A DNA stretch of 63,610 bases, counting the filler, from Octopus bimaculoides (taxonomy: Eukaryota): assembly GCF_001194135.2 (NCBI RefSeq). It is 6 parts of 6 records of this genome, joined end to end, with 100 filler letters (N's around TTAATTAATTAA, not from the genome) between each part and the next. Parts side by side here need not be neighbours in the genome. Positions count along the whole stretch, not along the records: positions 1 to 20,883 come from NC_068981.1; positions 20,984 to 40,638 come from NC_069004.1; 4 more parts are not named here. The stretch is one strand, 5' to 3'. Position 1 is the stretch's first letter. The number at the start of each line of letters is the position of its first letter. Position numbers and translations under genes: made by a program. The notes beneath the pieces were generated by a model. That model searched no databases. It was not told where the DNA came from and saw only the letters and a list, made by a program, of their open reading frames with translations. This document shows, in pieces, positions 11,655-23,243 of this stretch.

Positions 11655-11899
11655 ACTGTTATCTTCCAGCCATAATCTAGTTGATATTTTTGGTCTTTGG
11701 ATGGGATATTGTTTGTATGTATGTATTTATGTATGTATGTATGTATGTATGTATGTATGTATGTATGTATGTATGTATGTATGTATGTATGCATGTATGT
11801 AGGAATGAACGTGTATATGTATATGTATATTTATGTGTAGTTGAGAGAGTAACTGTGAAATAAGAAGCCCATTATTATCCATGTAAAGTACATCAAGCA

Positions 11900-12275
11900 A
11901 TAGCATCATCTATCTCAAGGTACAGAACAGAAGCATAGATATTATATCAGGAAAAGGCAAACAAACTGCATACATTTATGATGAGGCATCTGAAAGAGAT
12001 CATACAACATTGTCCAAGTAAAAAAATCAATCCAACCTAACTTGGAAGAGATACTGATGCAGCAAAACTTTTGCTGCCTTCAGCATGTCCACATAATAGG
12101 GGCAAGTCAATTATTAAGAGAAATACTCTATTCACTGCTGGCTAGCAGTACAAGAAGCCAGAGTAGATCCTAATAGAGATGCAACGATGTGGTTAAACAC
12201 ATGAGGAGATTAAATTTTGATAATCACAAGTGGACCATGGCAGCCTAGGACAGAAAGCTGTATAGAAGAGCTATC
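11900..12275 (+). mobile_element. RTE LINE ORF2 C-terminal remnant
   Basis: ILYQEKANKLHTFMMRHLKEII and, after frameshifts, LREILYSLL..RCNDVVKHMRRLNFDNHKWTMAA*DRKLYRRAI; typical RTE post-RT motifs. Confidence 0.7.
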
Positions 12276-12479
12276 TATTTTTGATTTTACATCACATGAC
12301 TATACATAGAGATTGTCATCAATGACATCAACAAACAGCAAGTGAGAAAAAATATTTATATATACCACTGTATTACTGATTCAACCAGATTATTGAGTGT
12401 TGTACATTGCTACTCACAATGTGCTTCCTCACCTTGTTTCCACCTCACTAGTTATGCAAGCAAGCAGGCAGGCAGGCAA

Positions 12480-12640
12480 ACATTCCCCTGGATAAGACAC
12501 CAGTCCATTGCAGGGCTACTCATAGCTGAGTGGATGGGAACAACATGAAATAAAGTGTTTTGTTCAAGAACACAACTGATCTGTGAACTGAAGCCATGAT
12601 TGCAAGCTATTGAGTGCAACATCCTAACTAATAGGCCACA
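12480..12640 (-). mobile_element. SINE family C, degenerate
   Basis: gctgagtggatgggaacaacatgaaataaagtgttttgttcaagaacacaac matches 55100-55155. Confidence 0.6.
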
Positions 12641-12790
12641 CACTTTCACACACACACACACACACACAGACACACACACACACACACACATTATTTGGGT
12701 CAAGTCTGTCCCTTGCTACTCTGAGTTTCATCTGTGGATGCACAGGATTTTCAGGCTAGTTATGACCCTATGCATGCATTTATATATATG

Positions 12791-13078
12791 GGTGTCACAG
12801 AAGCAAGGTGGCTGAGTTCCTTTCGAGTGTTAGGTCTCACAGAAGCAATGACCAAGACCTTTGGCATTGCGTCATGCTTGAGAAGACCCATCAAGCCGAG
12901 CAAAATTGCAGTCGTAGCAGACACCGGTGTCACGCAAATTGGCATCTGTGCTGGTGGCTCGTAAAAGCACCCATTACAGTCTTGGAGTGACTGGCATTAA
13001 GAAGGGCATCCATCTGTAGAAAACCATGCCAAATCAGAAGGCTGGGGCAGCCTTCCAACATTAAATGATGATGATAAT
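12791..13078 (+). mobile_element. Short element sharing the RTE 3' end, (GAT)n tail
   Basis: From ggtctcacagaagcaatgacc onward it matches the last codons and 3' UTR of the RTE at 19294-19785; the 5' part (gaggtggctgagttcctttcgagt-like) is not RTE-derived. Confidence 0.8.
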
Positions 13079-13201
13079 TAACGTACATAATTCTACGATT
13101 ATTTATTTGAAAGTTATTAATTTAGATGAAAGGCAATGTTGGCCTCGGCAGGGCTTGAGCTTAGTACAGGAGCAGAAGAAATATTCAATGGAGATGAAAA
13201 T

Positions 13202-13267
<66 letters not shown>

Positions 13268-13984
13268 TAGATAGATAGATATTATAATAATAAAGAAAAA
13301 TCTTGGAGTAGTTTTAGAAATAAATAGGCCAGATATGTAACTACAAGTGCTGAAGTATTATATGGGGTAAATCTTGACCTATTGATAGGAAAGTAAATAA
13401 GCAATTAAAACTTTGATTAAAGTATTAAAGAATCAATTAAAAAATGATTAGATGAAGTTAGAAGATATATTAATGGTAAAAATAAAGATAGATCAAATGT
13501 GATGATACTGAGGATTTTAACATAAATATAACTGACGGGGAGGATATAATATGTAAAATATAATTAGGTGAAATCTAATTAAATAAAATAGGATAATTGA
13601 TTATAGTTCAATGGGCAAGAATACAAAATAGCATAATAGAATATAGAATAAAAGAATATAGTATTAATTGAACGGTTATTATAATGAAGATATAAACAAA
13701 ATGAGTTAAGTAAAGAAAGGAAGAATGTATTTTAAAGAATGGTTGAGTAGGAGCCAGCATTATGTTTACCTCTAATGCATCTTCTTACTTCGTCTAGTTG
13801 TCTTTATTGAGCTTTTAAACGCTTTATTGGAGTCTTAATTTATTATTTTTCTTATGAATAGGTCAAAATAGACTTCATATAACACATCAGCACTTTTAAT
13901 GATGTAACTTAAACTCTTCACAAACTAGAATTAAACTTTACTCTATCTTTATTATAACACCTCTGTTAATACTCACTTTTGCCT

Positions 13985-14410
13985 TATCTTTTATTTGTTT
14001 CACTCATTGTACTGTGGCCATGTTAGGATATTGCCTTAAAGAGTTTAGTCAAACAAATCAAACCCCAATTTAACCTTTTAACATTCAGATTACTTTGTCA
14101 AATATAATGCTTATTTATTCGCATTTAAAAAAAATAATCATGTTTTCTCATAGGTCTGAGATTTCAACGATTCGATTGTGTATTTTACACTGACATTGTA
14201 GGGTAGGTGTGAAAAGCAAGATCTGGTCAGTTTGAACATTAAACAGAGACAGTATTTTGGCTGGATATGACTGGTTTAAATGCTAAAGGGTTAAATTTAA
14301 TATTTATTCTACTGGTCTCTATTGCTAAACCACTAAATTATAGGGACTTCATCCAGCCCTAGTTGTCATAAGGTAGGGAGAAAACATAAATACACACACA
14401 AACACACACA
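13985..14410 (-). mobile_element. Old SINE B split by a MITE insertion
   Basis: SINE B sequence runs tgtactgtggccatg..aaacaaatcaaacccc and resumes after the MITE at tttattctactggtctctattgctaaacc. Confidence 0.7.
14074..14290 (-). mobile_element. piggyBac-type MITE, second copy
   Basis: TTAA(14070-14073)|CCTTTTAACATT ... AATGCTAAAGGG|TTAA(14291-14294); internally homologous to the reverse complement of 7232-7451. Confidence 0.7.
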
Positions 14411-14429
14411 CGCATATATATCACTCATG

Positions 14430-14800
14430 ATTACGATTGTGGTTTCAATTCCTGGACCAGGTGATGCGTTGTTGTATTCTGGAGCAAAATACTTCATTTC
14501 ACATTGCTCCAATTCACTCAGCTGACAAGAATGAGTAATCTTGTGATGGAATGGTGTCCTATCCACCTATCCACAGAGGGACTATGTACACCACAAAATC
14601 CAGAAAACTGGCTTTATGAGCCTAGGGCTCAGGAAGGACAGTTGATCCTCTTTTGGAAATTCACTCACAATGTATTGGTTGGTCTGGGGTTATAATAGAA
14701 GAGTCTTGCCCAAAGTGGCATGCAGTGGAACTGAACCCCAAACCAGATGGTTGTAAAGTGAACTTCTTAATCACATAGCCATTACCTATGCCTATATTTA
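14430..14800. mobile_element. SINE C fragment (+) followed by SINE B 5' half (-)
   Basis: gtttcaattcctggacc..tctggagcaaaatacttcatttcacattgctcc, then ttgcccaaagtggcatgcagtggaactgaacccc. Confidence 0.65.
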
Positions 14801-14878
14801 ATAGCCATTACCTATGCCTATATTTAATAGCCATTACCTATGCCTATATTTAATAGCCATTACCTATGCCTATATTTA
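14775..14878. repeat. Perfect 26-bp tandem repeat x4
   Basis: atagccattacctatgcctatattta starts at 14775, 14801, 14827 and 14853. Confidence 0.95.
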
Positions 14879-14934
14879 AATACACCTCTTACTTATGCCT
14901 ATGTTTCTTTTGTTATTTTTTTCCAATTATAATC

Positions 14935-15170
14935 TTATTTCTTTATTGCCCACAAGGGGCTAAACATAGAGGGGACAAACAAGGACAAACAAAGGGATTA
15001 AGTCGATTACATCGACCCCAGTGCGTAACTGGTACTTAATTTATCGACCCTGAAAGGATGAAAGGCAAAGTCGACCTCGGTGGAATTTGAACTCAGAACG
15101 TAACTGCAGACAAAATACTGCTAAGCATTTCGCCCAGCGTGCTATCGATTCTGCCAGCTCATTGCCTTCT
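14935..15170 (-). mobile_element. SINE A, long-tail variant
   Basis: ttctttattgcccacaaggggc..gaggggacaaacaaggac..gtcgacctcggtggaatttgaactcagaac..ctgccagctc. Confidence 0.9.
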
Positions 15171-15610
15171 TGCCAGCTCATTACAAAAATTATGTCTGCA
15201 TGTCAATCTTTGCATAGAAATCCACTTTCTTCATTAAGTCATTTTTCTGCCTTTCTCAATGTCTCGGTAAACACCACATAATAAAAATCACTTTTTTTTT
15301 TTCCTTTTCAGTCTTATGCATGTATATTCTTTCATTCTTTTACTTATTTCAGTCATTAGATTCTGGCAATGGTGTGGCACTGCTTTGAAGGGATTTAGTT
15401 AATAAAAATCAAACTCAGTGATTATACATTTGAATGTGGTATGTTTGCTGTCTGACTCATTTCTTTCTGCTGAACCAAGTGGGACAGAAACAAACCAATA
15501 CAGTTGTCAAATACTGAAAGATAAGTAACATGCATGTACTTGCAGACACCCAGACACACACACACACATGTATATGTATATGACTATTTGTCTGTGTGTG
15601 TGTATTCATA

Positions 15611-15684
<74 letters not shown>

Positions 15685-16373
15685 GTATTATATTGCATAT
15701 CTTTATATATGTATATATGCTTATGCATTCACATATATAAATATGTATGTATGTATGTATGTATGTGTGCATGTGTATGTGTATATATGTGTGTATATAG
15801 ATATATGTATGTATATATATAAGTATATGTATATATATATGTTTGTCTGTGCATATATATATATGTGTGTACATATATGTGTGTGTGTATAAACACACAC
15901 ACACATGTGCGCACGCACACACACACACACATGTGCGCACACACACATACGCACACACGCACACACACGCACACAAACACACACATGCACACACACATGC
16001 ACACACACACACACGCACACATACATCACCTTGTTCTTTTCGGATTTCCTCCTTCCTTGTATCAATGATGACTGAAATATAATGTTATGTTGTAATGCAA
16101 CCAGCTACACTTCCAATCAATGCATTATATAAAGATATAGACATTTCAATAAGGCAATATTTATTTTTAGTTTTCCTCTGACCGACTTTGAATCAGTACT
16201 ACCATTACATACAACTGGATTAGGATTAATAAATACAATTATTCTTTCAATTTTTGTTATTCTGTTTTTTTTTTGTTTTGTTTGTTTGTTTGTTTGTTTG
16301 TAATGACACCACAGTTATTACTACCGCTATTGCTACTACTACCACTCTACTACTGTTGTTGTAACTACTGCTG

Positions 16374-16406
<33 letters not shown>

Positions 16407-16425
16407 TTACTACTACTACTACTAT

Positions 16426-16478
<53 letters not shown>

Positions 16479-16479
16479 A

Positions 16480-16870
16480 TGATAAACCTTTCTACTATAG
16501 ACATATGGCCTGAAATTTTGATGTGGGGAGACTAGGGATAATTGACTACTTCAACCCCAGTGCTCAACAGGCACTTATTTCATTCATTCTAAAGTGATGA
16601 AAGGTAAAGTTGACCTTGGTGGAACTGGAACTCACAACATAAAGACAGACGTAATGCTGCTAAGCATTTTGTCTGGCATATTAAAGAGTCTGCCTGCTCA
16701 CTAAATAATAATAAAAATAACAGTCCTTTCTACTATGAACACAAAGCCTGAAATTTTTGAGGAGGGGCCTGGTGAATTATATCGACCCCAGTGCTCAACT
16801 GGTACTCATTTTATTGACCCTGAAAACATGAAAGACAAAGTTGACTTTGGTAGCATTTGATCTCAGAAGT
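16480..16870 (-). mobile_element. Two degenerate SINE A copies in tandem
   Basis: Each begins with cctttctacta(t)..gcctgaaatttt (reverse tail) and contains atgaaag..aaagttgac. Confidence 0.75.
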
Positions 16871-16899
16871 CTAAAGATATGAACAATAGAGACATGGGT

Positions 16900-17060
16900 G
16901 ACAGTAATATGTCTCATAGACAAATGAGGGACGAGGAACATGCAATTGATGGGTGAGTGAGAGAGATGAGAAGTTATGAAAGACGTTGCAATTCAGGAGT
17001 GTGCTGAAGAGATACATGAAGAACTCCAGCATCTTCCCAGACACTTAGGAGGAGAGCATC
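16900..17060 (+). mobile_element. Possible RTE C-terminal remnant
   Basis: LQFRSVLKRYMKNSSIFPDT*EE resembles the RTE LRFKDVxKRDMK..I..DxWE motif; highly degenerate. Confidence 0.35.
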
Positions 17061-17441
17061 CTGTAATGCAATGAAAGGCACCAGTCACTGAAGCTTGTAA
17101 AAGAAACAAATACACAGTACAGCGTAAAAAATTATTACAAACAAAGATGAGATAGAAAAAAAAAGAACAAATACACAATATAGCAAAAAAATTATTATAT
17201 ATGTAATAATTTTTTCTGCTGGATTGTGTATTAATTTCTTTTTGTATCTCATCTTTGTTATGGATCTTCTATAGGAATGAAGCTGTATTCCTTAATTTGC
17301 CATTTCTATATATGGAGACCAAGAAGAAAACATCCAGAAATAACTTGCGTGAAACAGTTTATTTTAATGAGATACCTCTTGAAATTACCTAAGGAGAACA
17401 ATTGTAGTGATCAATAAAGATTCTCATATCTTCCATGTTCA

Positions 17442-17513
<72 letters not shown>

Positions 17514-17517
17514 GTGC

Positions 17518-17770
17518 TTGAGATGAAGACCTATCAAGCCGAGAAAAATTGCAGTCATGTTGTGTCATGCAAATGGCACCCATGCCGGTGGCATGTAAAA
17601 GCACCCATTACACTCTCAGAGTAGTTGGCATTAAGAAGGGCATCCAGCTGTAGAAGACCATGCCAAATCAGACTGGCGTCTAGTGCAGCCTTCCAGCTTA
17701 CCAACCTTGGTCAAACCATCTAACCCATGCCAGCATTGGCATAAGATGTTAAATGATGATGACAATGATG
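17518..17770 (+). mobile_element. RTE 3' tail copy
   Basis: cttgagatgaagacctatcaagccga..gccggtggcatgtaaaagcaccc..aagaagggcatccagctgtag..aacccatgccagcat..aatgatgat. Confidence 0.8.
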
Positions 17771-18664
17771 ATATATACATATGCATAATTTTAGTGTCTG
17801 TTTTGCTACACCAAGGTAGGTGGGTAAGGTTTCTCCTGTACAGTGTATCATCAATCAACACAGTTCTCTATAATAATTCTTTTCCATTCATTCATCTTGA
17901 GATTTTTTCCATGTACATGTGTGTGTGTATGTGCACATGTGTTCTGTGTGTGCCATGTGTGCTTGTGTATATTCCAACTGATAAAATAAGTAGCACAAAT
18001 GTACTGGGGTTGACTCCATTGACTAAATTGTCTTTTCTCTAAAATGGCCCTTATGCATAGTGAAAGTAAATCATTATTTACTTATTTATTCTTTGACTAA
18101 GAAATGGATTTAGCAAATAAGTACTTGAAGTACGAGTAAATGGAGGGTTAATGGAACGATGTAACTCTGCAAAGAATAACTTTGTGTACTGATTTCATCT
18201 GAAACAATCTTCATTGTCAAATTTAAATAAATAAAAAATAAAGCTGTGCTGAACTATTTCTTTCAATATATTTAAAGAGACAACACAATAATTGTCTAAT
18301 AATTAAATAAAACAGCTCCTTTCATGAACACTATGTTATTCCAACTAACCAAATGCCATTTACTTTCAGTGCTTGTCTTATATGTCTTATAACTAACAGA
18401 AACAAGAGAAAAGCAAGAATTTTTATGACATGTTTTTAAAGACGTTCATGAAACTTGTGAATAAATAATGGGAGAAAGAAGGTGGCACCAGTTGTCTGCT
18501 TGGATACTCAAAATATGCAGCGGTGTATAATGTGAAACTTAATACAGCAGCAAAAAATAAAAAAATAAACAGAATAAAAGTAATTTAAAAAATAAGAAAA
18601 ACATTTGTGAAACAAAGAATTCTCACTACAACATAACTTTCTTATATACATATATATACTTATG

Positions 18665-18735
<71 letters not shown>

Positions 18736-18964
18736 GTACACACACACGCGCATACACACACATGCGCGCATCTCAGTGATATAATAATATATTTACTCTA
18801 CTTGACATATTCAATATTCATAATTTTCTTTGACTACTACTTGCAAACACAATACATATGTATATGTGTGTGTTTGTGAATATATATTATGGCAGCCTTT
18901 GACTTTTCCTCCCCAAAGGATTTTTTAACCCAATATTTACATGTTTTAATTTATAGCATTGTCT

Positions 18965-19785
18965 ACTTTCCAGGGCTAACAAGCTGGAAGGCTGCACCAA
19001 ACTCCAGTCTGATTTGGTATAGTTTCTAAGGCTTGATGCTCTTCCTAATGTCAATCACTCTGAGAGTGTAATGGGTGCATTTACGTGCCATTTGCCTGAC
19101 ACCAGTATTTTCCATGACTGTGATTTTATTTGGCTTGATGGGTCTTCTCAAGCACGGCATAATGCTAAAGGTCTCGGTCATTGCCTCCATGATGCACAAC
19201 ACTCAAAAGGAGCTCAGCCACTTTGCCTCTGTGGGCCCCAATGCTTGAAAAGGTGCGAAGTACATGACACCACCATCAACCACAATTACAATTTCACTTG
19301 GCTTGATGGGTCTTCTCAAGCACAACATATTGTCAAAGGTCTCGGTAACTGGCCATTGCCTCTCTGAGGCCCACAGTTCAAAGATCATGCTTCACCACCT
19401 TGTCTCATGTCTTCCTGGGTCTACCTCTATCACAGGTTCCCACCACAGTTAGAGATCATCACTTCTTTACACAGCTGTCATTGTCCATATGCATCACATG
19501 ACCATACTGGCTTCAGTTCTTTCAAGCCTATGCATGTCCTCTGCTGTTACATTCCATGTTTCACTGCCATATAGCATAACTGTTTGGACATAGGCATCAT
19601 ACAATCTGCCCTTCAATCTGAAAGAGAAGCCCTTTGTTGCCAGCAGGGGTAGGATTTCTCTGGACTTTGCCCAACCTAATCTTATTCACATAGCTATGCT
19701 CTCGGAAGCTATCTACTATCTCTAGCTTACCCCACTGGCAGTTGATGGAGTCTATTTTCTGTAAATTTTCATGATTATTTTCATT
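18965..19785 (-). mobile_element. 5'-truncated RTE LINE, with an RTE-tail short element in its 3' region
   Basis: KLEIVDSFR..REILPLLATKGFSFRLKGRLYDAYVQTVMLYGSETWNVTAEDMHRLERTEASM [deletion] YGHVMHMDNDSCVKK..GRPRKT*DKVVKHDL..VLEKTHQAK* with the stop at 19294-19296; a second copy of the terminal region lies at about 19060-19260. Confidence 0.9.
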
Positions 19786-20594
19786 TATGTATATATATAT
19801 TGAAAATAATAAATATAANNNNNNNNNNNNNNNNNNNNNNNNNNNNNNNNNNNNNNNNNNNNNNNNNNNNNNNNNNNNNNNNNNNNNNNNNNNNNNNNNN
19901 NNNNNNNNNNNNNNNNNNNNNNNNNNNNNNNNNNNNNNNNNNNNNNNNNNNNNNNNNNNNNNNNNNNNNNNNNNNNNNNNNNNNNNNNNNNNNNNNNNNN
20001 NNNNNNNNNNNNNNNNNNNNNNNNNNNNNNNNNNNNNNNNNNNNNNNNNNNNNNNNNNNNNNNNNNNNNNNNNNNNNNNNNNNNNNNNNNNNNNNNNNNN
20101 NNNNNNNNNNNNNNNNNNNNNNNNNNNNNNNNNNNNNNNNNNNNNNNNNNNNNNNNNNNNNNNNNNNNNNNNNNNNNNNNNNNNNNNNNNNNNNNNNNNN
20201 NNNNNNNNNNNNNNNNNNNNNNNNNNNNNNNNNNNNNNNNNNNNNNNNNNNNNNNNNNNNNNNNNNNNNNNNNNNNNNNNNNNNNNNNNNNNNNNNNNNN
20301 NNNNNNNNNNNNNNNNNNNNNNNNNNNNNNNNNNNNNNNNNNNNNNNNNNNNNNNNNNNNNNNNNNNNNNNNNNNNNNNNNNNNNNNNNNNNNNNNNNNN
20401 NNNNNNNNNNNNNNNNNNNNNNNNNNNNNNNNNNNNNNNNNNNNNNNNNNNNNNNNNNNNNNNNNNNNNNNNNNNNNNTGGTGGTCCAGCATGGCTGCAG
20501 TCAAATGACTGAAACAAGTAAAAGAATATATAGGCAAAATTATTTTCATTTATTTTCATGAAGTTAAATATATATCCAGCCATAGAGTGACCAG

Positions 20595-20705
20595 TGGTTT
20601 TACATCCATAAAGTGCTTAGCTTTATAGATGGCTCATCAAATTCCAATGGCCACAGAGTCCGATGAGTCATCTATAAACCTAAGTGCTTTATGGATGTGA
20701 AATCA
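20595..20705 (+). other. 111-nt foldback: 44-bp stem and 23-nt loop, flanked by an 8-bp near-direct repeat
   Basis: 20595-20638 pairs with 20662-20705: 38 Watson-Crick pairs, 5 G-U, 1 C-C. Flanks are GTGACCAG (20587-20594) and ATGACCAG (20706-20713). Confidence 0.9.
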
Positions 20706-20927
20706 ATGACCAGACATATATTTAACATCATGTAAATACATTACTGCTCTCACTTTTAGAGTATGCCTCTTTTTCAGATACATTATCCACTGATGATGAA
20801 ATTATATTCATATATATATATATATATATAATAATAATTTTCTCTTTTGAATATGAAAATTTAAAAGTTAAAAACCTTATAATNNNNNNNNNNNNNNNNN
20901 NNNNNNNNNNNNNNNNNNNNNNNNNNN

Positions 20928-20939
20928 TTAATTAATTAA
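20928..20939. other. Assembly linker TTAATTAATTAA between N runs
   Basis: Identical 12-mer isolated by N runs at 20928, 40683, 50362, 60474 and 62469; it places stops in all six frames. Confidence 0.9.
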
Positions 20940-21205
20940 NNNNNNNNNNNNNNNNNNNNNNNNNNNNNNNNNNNNNNNNNNNNGGGGGAAATGAATGGAA
21001 TTGTATTCAACAATAGTAATACAAACGGGTACCTGTGGGGTGCACGGGTAGACTCATGCGTGTGCATGTGTGTGCGTGTATATGTGAATTAGTGCGTACG
21101 TGTGTATGTGTATGTATGCGTATGTGTACGTTTTATGTGTGTGTGCGTGTAGGCATGTGTGTAAGTGTGTACATATGTCTCTGCGTGTGAATTAGTGCGT
21201 ATGTG

Positions 21206-21252
<47 letters not shown>

Positions 21253-21299
21253 ATATGTTTAAATGTGTGTGCGTGTTTATGTGCGCGCGTGCGCGTTAG

Positions 21300-22141
21300 A
21301 TGGAAGCTTCATTCAGAGGAAAAGCATGAATGAATGTTGAGTGAAGANNNNNNNNNNNNNNNNNNNNNNNNNNNNNNNNNNNNNNNNNNNNNNNNNNNNN
21401 NNNNNNNNNNNNNNNNNNNNNNNNNNNNNNNNNNNNNNNNNNNNNNNNNNNNNNNNNNNNNNNNNNNNNNNNNNNNNNNNNNNNNNNNNNNNNNNNNNNN
21501 NNNNNNNNNNNNNNNNNNNNNNNNNNNNNNNNNNNNNNNNNNNNNNNNNNNNNNNNNNNNNNNNNNNNNNNNNNNNNNNNNNNNNNNNNNNNNNNNNNNN
21601 NNNNNNNNNNNNNNNNNNNNNNNNNNNNNNNNNNNNNNNNNNNNNNNNNNNNNNNNNNNNNNNNNNNNNNNNNNNNNNNNNNNNNNNNNNNNNNNNNNNN
21701 NNNNNNNNNNNNNNNNNNNNNNNNNNNNNNNNNNNNNNNNNNNNNNNNNNNNNNNNNNNNNNNNNNNNNNNNNNNNNNNNNNNNNNNNNNNNNNNNNNNN
21801 NNNNNNNNNNNNNNNNNNNNNNNNNNNNNNNNNNNNNNNNNNNNNNNNNNNNNNNNNNNNNNNNNNNNNNNNNNNNNNNNNNNNNNNNNNNNNNNNNNNN
21901 NNNNNNNNNNNNNNNNNNNNNNNNNNNNNNNNNNNNNNNNNNNNNNNNNNNNNNNNNNNNNNNNNNNNNNNNNNNNNNNNNNNNNNNNNNNNNNNNNNNN
22001 NNNNNNNNNNNNNNNNNNNNNNNNNNNNNNNNNNNNNNNNNNNNNNNNNNNNNNNNNNNNNNNNNNNNNNNNNNNNNNNNNNNNNNNNNNNNNNNNNNNN
22101 NNNNNNNNNNNNNNNNNNNNNNNNNNNNNNNNNNNNNNNNA

Positions 22142-22186
<45 letters not shown>

Positions 22187-23201
22187 GTTTGTGCAAGTGT
22201 GTGTGTGTGTACGTGTGCATATATATATATATATACAGAGAAAGAGAGAGAGGGTATGTGTATGTATATGTATATATGGAAGATGTGCTTAAGCGTGATG
22301 TACATGTGTGTGTGTGTGCGTGCGTGTGCGCCTGTATACACACATACACAAATACACATACACACACATATACGTACATATGCATATAGAGAGAGAAAAA
22401 GAGAAAGAGAAAGAAAAAGAGTGAGTGAGTGAGAGAGGTCGAGAAAGCGAAAGAGAGATATGTGTAGTATATGTACGTATATATATGTGTATATATGTGT
22501 GTATATATGTGTGTATGTGTGTGTGTATGCAAGATATATGCGCGTGTAATGTGAGATGTGCGTTGTTTGTGTGCATTCGGGGGTCAAAAAGTGGAAAAAC
22601 CACGTGTGGGTGGGCNNNNNNNNNNTGCTAGTGCATTAATGAATGATAACGGTAGATATATGAATGAAACGGAGATGAAGGGGAAACGCTGATACGTGAG
22701 ATGTGTGCAAGCGCGCGTGAGCGAGCGTGTAATGTGTGCATTTACACGTTCGCGTATGAGATTCGTGTGTGTGTGTGTGTGTGTGTGGATGTACGTATGT
22801 AGTGTGTGTGCGTGTAATGTGTAAGTCTCTGTGTGTAAAGTGTATGTCCAATTTGCATGTGTGTGCATGTGTAATATGTAATGTGTGTGTGTAACGTGTG
22901 TAATGTGTTTGTGTGTATGTGTGTGTAATGTGTTTATGTCGAGACTGTAGTGTGTGTAGAGGAAGTGTGTGTATACAAATCGTGTGTAATATCTGTGTGC
23001 GTATGTACGGTTTAAAGGATTGTGTGTGAACGTGTGTGTGAATGTGTGTGTGTGTGTGTGCGTGAGTGTGTGTGTGTGTGTNNNNNNNNNNGTGTGTAGA
23101 GGAAGTGTGTGTATACAAATCGTGTGTAATATCTGTGTGCGTATGTACGGTTTAAAGGATTGTGTGTGAACGTGTGTGTGAATGTGTGTGTGTGTGTGTG
23201 C

Positions 23202-23243
<42 letters not shown>

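Noticed and set aside
22950-23220. About 125-bp near-perfect tandem duplication around a 10-N gap; similar duplications at 29738/30014 and at several 10-N gaps in 61430-62290
   Set aside because: Identical sequence on both sides of short gaps indicates unmerged contig overlaps
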